A stretch of DNA of 64,000 bases from Cirrosporium novae-zelandiae (Eukaryota). Location: NCBI GenBank assembly GCA_026023565.1, contig JAPETS010000005.1:744001-808000 (forward strand), in the 5' to 3' direction. The notes beneath the pieces are model-generated. The model worked only from the letters and a program-made list of their open reading frames with translations. It had not been told where the DNA came from and searched no databases. Position numbers and translations under genes: made by a program. Below, one piece after another: positions 14,533 to 26,777 of this stretch (position 1 is its first letter; every line of letters begins with the position of its first letter).

Positions 14533-15553
14533 AAGAAAATAGGCAAGTACTAAGGAGATAAGTAGATAAGTAGATCAAAGTGGCTAAAGAAAAGAGAAAA
14601 AAAGAATATGGATGTGGATATGGATGTGGGATGAGTATGGGTATGGGAATGTTGGAGAGGTGGGTATGGAAATAAGGGGTGGAAAAGAGAGGTAGGGAGG
14701 GAGGGGGAATATCTGAAATGTTTGATTTGATTTGGTTTTTTCTCTGGTTGTGTAAATGGATAGTTAGATGGATAAGGACAGGGTAAAAATAAAGGTGAAA
14801 TAGGAGGGGGGGAGACTCTCTCTTTCTCCTTTTTTTTTTGGTTTTTTTCGCTATATGATCCTCTGCAATGAATTTCATGTTTTACATATAAGAGCAACAC
14901 CAACAGTACCAAAGACCAACACACAAAAAGACAAAAGCAAACTTATTTATTTCCTCTTCTCTCCACAAAGGTGATGAATGATTCGATTTGACTTGACTGA
15001 CTGATAGCTAGACCCCCTCCTATCCCTCCCCTCCATTGGCACCATTTTGCATCACCCCCTTCTTAGCTATCTATCAGATACATATCGTTGCATACCATAC
15101 ATGCATGCATTGTATGACAAGAAGGAAATGGAAAGAAAATAAAAGGAAGATAAAAAGACATAATCCACATTTCTGACATGATGACGCCGTGAACGCCCCT
15201 TTGTAATAGCAGTGTGAGTGTGTGTGTGCAGATGTGACTGCACTTTCCTTTTCTTCTACGGTTCTTCTCTTAAGTAAGCAGGTAAGGGTGGCTTTTTAGG
15301 GTATCAAGCCGTTCCATCATGTATGTTAATGTAGTAGTCATCCGTAGTGGTGTCCAGGTAATGAGGTATGGTGAGGTGTGTATGTGTTGTGGTAGAGAAG
15401 TTGGCTTTGGAAAATCAGGGTCAACAGACATTTGTTGCATGTTTGATGGATTTTGTAATGTCCTGGAATCAGATGGAGACGGGGATGGAAAACCTTGAGA
15501 TTGTCGAACATGAGAAAGGCGGCTTCTGCTTTTTTTTTATTGTTGAATTTTGC

Positions 15554-16918
15554 TTATACAGTGCGGTCGTATCGACCAACTACTATACAATGATCTCTTT
15601 CAAATGGTTCTATTGAAAAGGATAGTGATTAGCATTTGGGGGGTTTCGAATTTCTAAGGAAAACATACCTAATGTCAATTGTTCAAGTGGTTTTATTCTC
15701 TCGTCCCGCATCTTCTGGACTTCGCGAGAGAAAACTGCTTCGGGTGCTGCTGTGCTGTCGATACAGTTTGCTTTGATTGAAACTACGACTCCACCACCTG
15801 TCTTGAGGAAATTGTGTGCGTTAATACCCACAATACGTGCTTGATCTGGCTGGGCAACATCGGCAAAGATCACATCAACCATTGGTACTAGCATTCGGTA
15901 CCTGAGCGGGTAACGGGCATCTTCAACGATTGGAATGACGTTTGTGCGGTGAGTTGCCATGTTGATGAGATCACGACCACTGCGGTGGGAGAATTCGACG
16001 GCTGAGATGGATTAGTCTCCAATCATACACGGGTATACAATATTTATACACACCATATACATTTCCTTCCGGTCCAACGATATCAGCAACGTGCGAGACA
16101 GATGTTCCAGAAGCAGCACCCAAATAAAGCACTTTCTTTCCTGGAGCAATAAAGATGTTATCCAGACCACCCAAAATACCTGCAGCAAGCTTGCTGCGGA
16201 AGGGATTCCAGACACGGTATTCGATTTTCGAGGCTGGAGGAGCCTCCGAGTCTCCATTCGTTTGAGGAGCGGCAGCAGTTTCAATTGAGATTCTCTTTTC
16301 GCCGTAGACCGACTCGCCTGGGCTCAAGTTCTTCGTCACCAGCAAATCTTCCTTGCCCCGAGCTACGAAAACACCACCATGGCGATGGGGTTCGACAACC
16401 ACCCTGGCACCACCTCTTGCTCCTCCCCTACCACCACCGCGTGGGGCACCGCGACCTAGTACATGTTAAATTCGGCCGTGCTCCAAGATATAGCATAATA
16501 TTACTGACCTCCACGGAAGCCACCTCTAGGGGCTCCTCGTCCACCTCGAGCACCGCCACGACCACCGCCACGAGAACCAAATCCTAGTCCTTGGTAGGGT
16601 TAGTTTTATATTCTTCTAACAATATGATTTCGTAGGAGTTTCTTATGTGCGACTGCGGGATTTTTTTTATTAAAGCCATAGCACTCGCCGTTCAAAGGGT
16701 GCTATGTGGCTAGAAAACTCTTGGCTTAAGTCGCGGAATTGGTAAATGTAAAATTCCTACCTCCTCTGCCGCCTCCTCGGGCACCACCTCTGCCTCCTCT
16801 GTCTCCTCTGTATCATGGTCAGTAATAGTCCTGACACTGGTTCGCACTAGGTAATCCGTGGTCCAGATTCGTACCTTCCACCTCCTCCACCTCTTCCACC
16901 TCTAGGTATAAATCCCAT
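15554..16918 (-). CDS. NOP1: Fibrillarin, box C/D snoRNP rRNA 2'-O-methyltransferase
   Basis: Six exons (16918-16875, 16807-16761, 16583-16509, 16455-16054, 16001-15669, 15609-15554). RGG/GAR N-terminus; [44 protein letters not shown] and LEPFERDH motifs. Confidence 0.98.
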
Positions 16919-17494
16919 TTTGATGTTTTGTTTTTTAGGTCAAAATTCTTGATTGCGCCTAGAGAATAAAAGTTAGTTAAACTCGGCTGAGAGCAATAAT
17001 TATGTCGAAATGAGAAGAAAAAATTCATACGAACCTTGTAGTTGTGAAACTCCTTTGTCAGAAAAGCTATCGACCAGCTTCGAAGCTTAGTGGTAGTAAA
17101 TAATTGTAGTGTTTGGTGGGAAACTTGCGATTGAAGATTGTTCAGTTAATGGTTGACCTTCGCTAGAAATTTTGTTTAAGGTTTTCCCACAAAGCTTGAG
17201 CTCTGTAAACACGTGACCGCCATTGTTGAAAGAAAGCTCAGAACTGGACAGTTCAAACTTCCATCAAAATACCTCAACTGTTTACCAATTATGTACAGAC
17301 CTATGAACAATTCCTTGGATTGATTGGCTATTCACATAATGAATCAATTCCCATTTACATTCTCTTCTACACTTAGTACATGTACTGTACATATGCATCA
17401 GACCAAAGCTGTATAAAGCAAAGCTAACTAACCTCCTCAATTTTATTATTGGCACTGAAACCTGACTATAGACTCTTTTTACCTTCTACTTCAT

Positions 17495-18424
17495 TTACCT
17501 AGCCATCCAGCCCCCATCTACAGCGATAACTTCGCCAGTGATATATCCGCTTCCTTGTCCAGCCAAGAACACAATAATTCCTTCGAAATCTTCTGGCTTT
17601 CCCCATCGCCCTGCCGGAATCCTCTCCATGATACCCCGGTTTCTATTCTTGTCCGCGATCAATGCTACATTCATATCTGTATCGATATAGCCAGGTGCTA
17701 TTGCGTTGACTGTGACACCCTTGCTAATCCACTCGTTGGATAGCGCTTTTGTCAGTTGGCCTACCCCTCCTTTCGACGCTGCATACGCAGGAACCGTGAT
17801 ACCACCCTGGAAGGTGAGTAATGATGCTACATTGATAATACTGCCTCGACGACGGTTGGCTGGAGAAGGCTTGGAGAGCATGTGGGCGCCAATATCGCGG
17901 CAGAGAGTGAATACAGAGGTCAGATTAACTTGAAGAACCTACGTACGGCGCACGATCAGTATCGGCTCCACATACTTCTTAGCTTCCTTGATATACTCAC
18001 CTCGCTCCAATCATCGTCTGGAAATTTCTCGCTCGGATGTCTCCTCTGAATCCCCGCACAGTTCAACAGGATATCTACCGTGTGACCATCTTTCTCGATT
18101 TTCGGTGTTATTGCCTTTACAGATTCATTCGACGATAGATCTGCGTCATATATCACTGCTTTACGGCCCAATTTCTCTATCGCTTCTTTGGTGCCCTGGT
18201 TCGAATGGTCTCGCTAGGCCTACTATTAGCACCTCCCCATAATATTTGACATGTGTTCCTGGGGATATTCATTGAGGAGATTGAAGAGGCTATACCTGAA
18301 TTAATAAGATATCTGCCCCCGCTTTCGCCAGCGCAAGGGCCATTGCCCGTCCGATACCCCTCGTTCCACCCGTCACTACGGCCGTTTGGCCTTGTAATGA
18401 GAATAATTCGTCAATAAAAGTCAT
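17495..18424 (-). CDS. Short-chain dehydrogenase, KduD / gluconate 5-dehydrogenase (5-keto-gluconate reductase)-like
   Basis: Exons 18424-18296, 18213-18001, 17938-17495. [37 protein letters not shown] and VDGGWMAR are typical of the KduD/IdnO subfamily. Confidence 0.9.
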
Positions 18425-19659
18425 TTTGACAAATATGAAGGATGTAAAAACGTAGATGAAGTTGCAATACAATAAAATGTCGTCAAACTAGGAATTCAGC
18501 CTTTACTTAGAATCTCGCTCTACGAACATTCTCCGGTCTTAAATATCGGGATATGCCCTCGGGAACAAGTTTTCCCAACATCCTAGGGCAAATGGCGAGT
18601 AGCCTCTCTCAAGCATCAACCGATATCAGTCATTTGCCGTCGACTAGACTAAGCAGTACGGATAATGAATCCACAAGAGAATTGTTCAATCCTCCCCAAA
18701 GCAGGTAATTAACGAAAAAAAATCAAACGCCGAAATCTGGTGACTTGGGCGCAAAAACATGTACTATAAGAAAAGGAAAGTGTAGCCATAACAGTGTAAA
18801 TATGCGAGCCCGAATTCTTGACATTATTAGGTATTAAATACAGATAGATACTGGCCACCACAGGCCCAAACACTTGTACACAAATAATTACAATACCTTT
18901 TAAGAATGAATGCAATTAGAAACAACACACACTCAAAAGAGAGGGCAGTTAACTTAGTTTTAGCCTCGAATAATGGCATGGCACTTCGACTTGTTTTTTT
19001 GTGCGCTGGTTGGTTTTGCTCCGATGTCCGTCGTTGTTGTTCGGGTTTTGAAAACATTCCCCACAATTTGTCTGTCCTCTCTTGGACTCGCTCTTGGGCT
19101 GACGGGGACTTGTGGGTGGGTTAATAGCCGTCATTTGCCGATAGTGTGGGGGGAGGGGGGAGGGGGGAGGGAAGGGAAGACTTTGAGAATTCGAGTTTTG
19201 GTCGGGGGACTGACTTGAGCCCTAAAAGTCAGGTAAAACTTTTGGGGTGTTTGTTTGTTTGTTTGGGGTTTAGGAAATTGATGGGAGCTCTTTAATAGAT
19301 ATCCATAAGAGTTTTTGATTTCCTCTTTGTTGGGTAAAATCAAATCAAATTCTGTTTCTTTCCTCGACGGGGTTTTTTGTGGTGTCGCTGTACATGTACA
19401 TGTACGTACGCAGTGCTACCTAGAGAAGTTATTATATAATTACAACTAGAGATGTTCTGCTTGTAATTAGAGCATACCGAACTTCAGCCGGTATATGGAA
19501 TATGAATCGAATCTTATGATTAGGTAGTTTAATTCGCTGATATCTCTACCTTTCTTTTTTTTTACTCATCTGTTAATCAGGCATGGTTCTTTTTTTCTTG
19601 TTCTAATTACTGTCTTCCTTGGGAGCTTAAGGTGTTTTTCTAGTCTCCAATCCTGCTTT

Positions 19660-20200
19660 CTAATCTGATAGCTTGACATCTTGGTTCTTCTGTATGTTTT
19701 TTCTGCATATATAGTTGGTTTTGTATTGTTGTTTGGGCAAAATTATAATCAGATCACGTTCATGGTAAGCTATAAGTTTTGCGTTCAGTGTGCCTATGCT
19801 TTTTGCCATATACGCATTCTTTAGCAGGTTGGACATTAGTTTGTTGACCCTTTTTTCTTCTTCCATTTTTGGGCGTATTGTGCTGGATCTTATCACCGCT
19901 ATCGTTGGGGGGTGTGGTGTCTGGTGTTTCACTATTGACAAGTCCCTTTGGGCCAGACTTGGTTTTAAATAGTCTCTATCGCTGTGAGTCTTATGTTGGA
20001 GTCTTGATTCTTCCTTGACCAGTATATCCTTGAGTGTGGACATGTCTAGTACTAGTTGTGGTTATTCTACCCGCTTCTGGATTCGGTCCTTTTTTGACTT
20101 TATTTATCAACATATCTGTTCGCGATAACCTCAATAGCCCTTCTTGGAAATAACAGCGACGCTGAGAGAAATAGGACAAGATTAGGTAAGTTGGTCAGCT
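19660..20200 (-). mobile_element. Possible degenerate retrotransposon gag remnant
   Basis: LKDILVKEESRL segment, followed in another frame by CVYGKKHRHTERKT (decayed CX2CX4HX4C spacing). No LTR or pol seen. Confidence 0.3.
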
Positions 20201-21480
20201 TCATCTCATTCAATAACCGTAACAATGTCAAGATTCGATGACACGGAAGATAATTCTACGTATGATATGACTAAGCCACTGAAGACAGAGCCACAGAGTC
20301 CTATTATTAGCATTCAGCCGTGGCTCTCAAAATCAGGTTGAGGGATATCTGGAACATCATGAATGTATCCTGATCTCTTGAACGGGGGTAGATTGAGGGT
20401 ACCTATACTGGAAATCTAAGCTAGTTAGTTGCCGGATGCATTGCTTGGTACGGAGCAGATGAATGGTAAGTTGGTAACGGCAGAGGATCTAGTTCCCAAC
20501 TGGGGTCGAGGGGTCACTGGGTCATTGGAAATGATGGGGTATTCTCCAGCTTATGATAGTTATAGGCATTAAGCAAGAGATACAAGATAAGCTAAAAGAG
20601 ATCCAAGAGGTGCGTACGTGCTCTTCGGAAAATTATCACGGTCATCAGGCACAATAATTCGGGTTACCCCCAGAATAGGCTATGTGGATGGTAGGTTATC
20701 GAGCAAATGCCGGCTAAATACACACTGTGTCCTGGTTCTGGGTTTGAGTTTAGGAGAAAATGTATTTAGGCCGATAGGGTCCTTCATTCCCCTATGCCAT
20801 GAGTCCACGACATCAACAAGAATAAAGTTAGTTCTACTATGGGGCTGTGGTTTTCTGGGGCATTCGGACTGGCTCCCCACTCAATGACATTCCGCAGTGA
20901 GGGTGCGGAAAGGCCTAAAATGGGGGGAGGGGATAAAGGAGGCTAGAGTGGGAAGTCAAATTAACCCCCCAAAGGCTGCTATGAAAAAGAGCACCAAACA
21001 AGTGACCAATTCCACCAATGTTAATTACTGGTTGGATTCTTTTTCCCGGTGGGAGATTTCTCCCACCCGAGAAGATGTTTCACATGTACGGATAGTTATT
21101 CCAAAAAAACAATGCTTCTCGAATATGATGAGTTGATGTCAGGTAATATGTTGATGGATTTATAAAGTGCTCGTGGGGGATACATCCCGACATTGCCGGG
21201 GTATTCCCACCCAGACTAGTAACGAATGCTGGCACTGTAATTCTGCCGATGCCGAGGTTGGTGTAACTGTTCCGAATGTCCTCCTCGCTTAGGTGGTGGA
21301 ATTGCAATGTCTAGAATATGAGCCGCGCCTGAAAGAAAGAAGCTCATCTTGGAGCACCTGAGGCTTTCGCCTCTTATTGCTCGCTGTCTTCTGGAATCTT
21401 TTGATGATGGATTTTGGATCTTCGAAACTTTCCAATTCCAACCGTTAATGACCAGCATGGTGCGGTCAATCCATGCCTAA

Positions 21481-23758
21481 ATGAAGCGTGTCTCTAGAGC
21501 TTGTCTACGATGCCGATCGAGAAAGAGTCGCTGCGACTTGTGAGTTTTGTCGCAACAACGTTGAGATGCTGTGCTAATATGTTTGGTTTTATAGAGATAG
21601 CAGCGGTAAGCCAGGCACACCTCCATGCCAAAGATGTGTCCGCGATCAAGTCGAATGCATTTTGGGGGGATCGAATCGCGGTGGAAGGAGGATTCGAAAG
21701 ACCGTTGCTGCGCCCGAAAATACACTCACGACTACATTGGTGGCGGAAAATAACTCTGCTATTGGTGTAGACGATCTCACAAGGTCAAGGTTATCGAATT
21801 TCGCTTCCAGCCCTACATATGCTTCTAACCCGGTTCGACAATCCCTACAAACCACCGTACCATCTCCCGAGAGTCATCGAACTTCAAATATCAGAGAAAT
21901 TCCAGAAGAAGAGACGGCCTCTGAAATTGATAGTGCCATTGCCTCGACCGATATTCGAAACCCATCCGATGCCTGGCAACTTCTTACCGACGTTGCAACC
22001 CGAGGCTTGCATGAGAAAACTACCGATCTACGGAAAGCATGTACAATTGCCGGATTGACTGCACAAACGCCGGAGGAGGAGCCCGCTCGAAGGGAGTATG
22101 GAGATCCTCAGCAAAATCCTCCTGCTGTAGAGATATCGATTCCTAATACATCAAGCTACCGACTTATTATGGATGGCTCTTTGACCCCTGCAATGGTCTC
22201 TGAATTGGTAACGAGGTTTGCGGAACGGTATCATCCATATCTTCCTCTAGTCCCACGGAAATTTCTAGATCCATCCAATTTAGGGATCTTTGTAGTAGAA
22301 GAGCCGCATCTTTTGACGGCGATAATCACAATTGCTTCTACAACATTAGTTGAATATCCCTACATACACCGAGCTTGCTCCAAATATATGCACGAGTTAA
22401 TTTCTGAGATTGCCGCTGGCAAGGAATGCGATGTAGAAGCCGTTGAGGCTCTGTTGTTGCTGGCCGAGTGGGAACCGCAAGGCTTACGCGTCAAGGTAGA
22501 CGATATCGGTCGCGGCGAGGAGGACAGAGCTGCATGGATGCATGTTGGTCTCGCGCTTCGGTCTGGTTACTTCCTTGGGCTTGATCAGACCAGCTTCAGA
22601 AGTGTTGATGATGAAAAAAACATAAAGCTTGGCCGACGAAGACTGGCATGGGCTAGTTGTTATGTCGCGGATCGTCTAGTGTCCGTTCGAATTGGCCGTG
22701 CTTTCTGGTCTCGAGGACCAGGACCGACTAGCGCATTCCGAAGTCAGGATTTCCCCTCACTACTTCCTATCAATGCTGGAGATGAAGACTATGCAAGCAT
22801 ATTTCAAGCAACCTTGGAGTTAACTCAGCTTTATAACAACGTGCACGATGTCCTCTACTCCGGCATGAGTACGAATAAACAAATTATGCTTGTAGGGGAC
22901 TACGTCAAATATATTGATGATTTTCGAATCTCTATCTATGGGTGGAAGCGTCTCTGGGGAAGCCTCAAATGTTCTCCGAACTTGAAGGCAACCTTGATTC
23001 TCTCTTACGAAAACCTGAGGCTATATACTACCGCTTTCGCCTTCCAGGCAACCATCACCAGAACAATGTCTTCGCGATCAGAGAGGGACCCCCAAACGGT
23101 TCGTGAACGTGTGAGGGCTGCCTTCACCGAGCCTGCTTCAATGCCTGATGCCAGATTCATATATGAATCTATGGATGCCGCCAAGCAATACCTAACCACC
23201 CTCAACAACTATGTGGATCCAGAGACGTGCTTGCGTTACCTACCAGTGAAATTTTATCTGTATACTATATACACTGCCGTTTTCCTATACAAAGCGAGAT
23301 CCCTTGGTACAATGAGTTTATCCGAGGAAGCGGACGTCCGACAACTTGTCAATGTTTCCATCGATCGACTCCGGAGGGCTAGCTTCTCATCCCAGGACCT
23401 TGGATCACGATATGCTCGGCTTCTTGAACTTCTATGGGACCAATCCAGACTCTCGAGATCAGCGACCACTAGTGTTACCCCTGATCTACAATCCGCCCGT
23501 CTCCCAGATGTCAACAGAGGTCAAGGAGTCTCGAGCTATTCTGGCTTCAACCCAATTACGAATTTTTCTTGGCTAGATATTGGAGCCGTGGGTGATTATG
23601 TTTCCAATCCTTCCTCTGCAGCTGTGACAAATACATATCCTATGAATGGGTCTAGCTTGCAGGCTACGGCCGATATCCAACAACCGTGGGGCTATCGTGA
23701 TAGACTCTCGTGGGACAACCACAACTGGGTACCGAACGAGCCAGGTTACATATTCTGA
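21481..23758 (+). CDS. Zn(II)2Cys6 transcription factor with fungal TF middle homology region
   Basis: Exon 21481-21539 (MKRVSRACLRCRSRKSRCDL) plus intron 21540-21594 joins PPCQRCVRDQVEC and the 698-aa ORF in frame. Confidence 0.93.
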
Positions 23759-24218
23759 AGCTTCGTGGAGTTATGAACCTACAGATTGTCCATTAAAGCC
23801 GTGATGTTTAATCGCCGAAATTTCTCAATAAGTTTATGGTTCATCCACAAGTTTGTCCCTGTCTCCTAGTCCCAAGCAGCACGCTCATGCACTAAACCAT
23901 CGCAAATTTGTTAACTATACTTAAAAGCATCTTCAGCGCAGCATTTTAGACATCATACTAATGCTTGTTGCTTGCTGTTACATGGAGTATGGCGTTCCAA
24001 TAGAACATTGATGCCAAGACAACTCGGTTTTGGCAAGTCGTTTCTCCCGAGCCGTCGGGGTTCAAATACCCGAAACAACTCCCGGGACAACACCCCCCGC
24101 TTCAATAGCCGACATTTCCTTATCGGCGGTTTCTTGCTTTACCGCTAAGCTATTTGGTTAAGACCACGATCTTGCAAACTGCATGTAGGCAACCTCAATC
24201 TCAGAATCTTTTTGAGAT

Positions 24219-25102
24219 ATGGATATTAAGGAACAATGCAGAATTGAAGGTCGTCTTGCCCTGATCACAGGAGCGTCTGGTGGGTAAGTCATAACTCCTC
24301 TCGATTCGATTTTCTAAGGACTCACTGACGTTTCACAGCATAGGTAGTGCCTGTGCACGACAGTTTGCGGAAGAAGGCGTGAATCTTGCTCTAACTTGTT
24401 CCTCGCACCCCGAGAAACTCGAAACCCTAGTCTCAGAGCTCAAGAAAGTGTCCAAGAAAGATTTGCGCATTTCAACTCATAAAGCTGATCTGGCGTCCGT
24501 TGAGGAAATACAGAGACTCCTCGAAGAGGTCAAGGAAGAACATGCCCAAAGCGTAGATATATTAATATCGAACGCGGGTTACGGCAAGCGGATCCGAGAT
24601 ATCTCAGACATTCCCCTCGAAGAGTTTGAATACACCATAAACGTGAACCTCTGCGCACCGTTCTTACTGGTAAAAGGCGTCGTTGACGAAATGAAAGCTC
24701 AAAAATGGGGTCGCATCATTTTCATCTCCTCAATTGCTGCCTATGGAGCTGGGATTAATGGCTGTCGTATGTTCATGTTCTCCTTTTGAATATACCCACC
24801 CCAATTAAATGTCTCTATTTTTTTTTCTAGATTACGCAGCCTCCAAAGGCGGAATCACAAGCATGATGAAAAACCTCTCCTCAAGACTCGCCTCCTACAA
24901 CATCTCCGTCAACGACGTCGCCCCCGCCATGATCGGAAACACGGGCCTGATCCCCGATGCCGAACAGGTTCCAGAAGCCCTGGAGGGCATACCGCTAGGG
25001 AGGTTGGGCACGCCTGAAGAGGTTGCGAATGTGGTTTCGATGTTTGCAAGGACGGGGTATGTGACGGGGCAGAGTTTGGTTGCTGGAGGGGGGTTGAGGT
25101 GA
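24219..25102 (+). CDS. Short-chain dehydrogenase/reductase (FabG-like)
   Basis: Exons 24219-24283, 24339-24766, 24831-25102. TGASGGIG, SNAG, ISSIAA and YAASK motifs. Confidence 0.9.
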
Positions 25103-25300
25103 TGGATGTGATGGTGGTGATGATGAGAACACCCATATTGTTTTTTAAAGCGGATATATATACATGTATACATACATACGTACCAGAAATGAGTAATTCA
25201 AAAGTGATGATGTGATGGTGATGAGGCTGGTGAAGCTGATTGATAACAACACCGATATTTTTTTTTAAAGCGGATTATATATATACGTACAGTACAATAG
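25100..25300. repeat. Imperfect tandem duplication, 120-bp period
   Basis: AACACCCATATTGTTTTTTAAAGCGGATATATA at 25128 recurs as AACACCGATATTTTTTTTTAAAGCGGATTATATA at 25248, each preceded by GATGTGATGGTG-like sequence. Confidence 0.8.
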
Positions 25301-25399
25301 AGTATAGGAAGTGAACGTCATATTTTCGCTTAATTTTCGCTTAGTTTTCAACTTCCAATATAATATTTTCTCTTTCGTTTTTTTTTCTCTTGCAAACTG

Positions 25400-26777
25400 C
25401 TAATTACTCTCTATAATGACTTTCACAACCGGCTGTCCCTGTTCGTCCTTCCCCGCCTTTGCCAACTCAAACGCCTCCCTCCCCTCCTCTAGTGACTTCC
25501 GATGCGTAACCAGCTTCTCAATCCCCGCCAACTTTCCACTCGCCATCAAACGAATGGCCGCGGGATATGTATTGGCGTAGCGGAAGACGCCGATGATGTC
25601 GACTTCCCTCAGAGCTGCGGCCCCCAGAGGGAGGGTTTGGATGGGTCGGCCCATGCCGATTAGGATTAGTTTTCCGCCGGGGGTGGAGGCGTAGATGCTG
25701 CTTTGGACGCAAGGTTCTACGCCTGTGCATTCGTAAACGGCATCGAACCCGAACTCCCTGTTGTTGCCTTTTAATAGAGTTGCTGAGTCCTGGGCGTTTT
25801 TTAGTTTCTCCTCGATGGTTGGTGATGATGGTGATGGTGGCTTCGTGGGAAGCGTAATTGTGTGGATGCCAGGAATCAGCGCTTCGGCGATTTTTAATCT
25901 TTGGCTGTCGATATCTGCGATTACGATGTCGACGATTCCGTGGACTGATAATAGCATGGCGGTTAGAAGGCCGACGGCTCCAGCGCCCATGACTAGTGCT
26001 GAGCTTCCGGATTCGGGTTTTGATCTTCGCATCGCGTGGAGGCAGACGGCGAGGGGTTCGATAAGCGCTCCTTGGTCGAATGACACTTCGTCTGGAATTC
26101 TATAGGCTGTTAGAATGCTCCGTCTTTCAGTGGGGGGGGGGGGGGGTTCAAAGAAGCACAATATACATACCTATGGCAAAGATCAGAAGGATGGTTAAGC
26201 AACTCAGTCAAAGTTCCATCTATATGTGGAAACACCTTGGCGCTGCTTCTGAATAAAAGCTTCTGGCAGAGGTTGTATCTTCCTTTTTGACATAAGTTGC
26301 AGGTTCTGCAGGGCATGCCGACTTCTAGAGCTACCCGGTCCCCCTGCTTGAGGTTTGTAACTTCAGGACCGACGGCCACAACTACGCCAGCGCTTTCGTG
26401 ACCGAGGCAGAGGGGTGCTCGGACGAGGAAATCCCCATTGCGACCTTCGCTGTAGTAATGCAGATCTGACCCACAGATACCTGTAGCCTTGATAGCGACT
26501 TGGACTTCGGTACCCTTTGGAGGTTCAACTGTTCTTGATTCCTAGAGCGAGATCAAATGGTTAATTTTTTGGGGTCCAATTGGATTTTCACTTATATATA
26601 TATAAGCAGGGGGGTTGGGACCCATACAAATCTCAAATCTTTTGTATCATGGAGCAGTAAAGATTTGGATGGCTTAGTAGCTTCGGTTTGATTGTTGTTG
26701 TTGTTGGCGAGTGACATTTTGAGTAAATTCAGCCTTGATAAAGCAGTACTAGTAGCAGCAGTGTTTTTTTTGCTCAT
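25400..26777 (-). CDS. Zn-dependent medium-chain polyol dehydrogenase (sorbitol / L-idonate 5-dehydrogenase-like, NAD+-type)
   Basis: Exons 26777-26628, 26541-26171, 26099-25400. GICGSDLHYY, LGHESAG, CxxCxxCx7C structural Zn site, GAGAVG, ADID and GVFRYANTYP. Alternative ATG at 26717. Confidence 0.92.

Noticed and set aside
14531..14924. ORFs 14531-14878 and 14550-14924
   Set aside because: Translations of low-complexity purine/pyrimidine tracts with no protein-like features.
13300..15550. Telomerase RNA gene in the gene-free tract 3' of NOP1
   Set aside because: No 1.5-repeat template (TAACCCTAA-type) on either strand; only degenerate CCCTA-like low-complexity runs and a 7-nt ACCCTAA.
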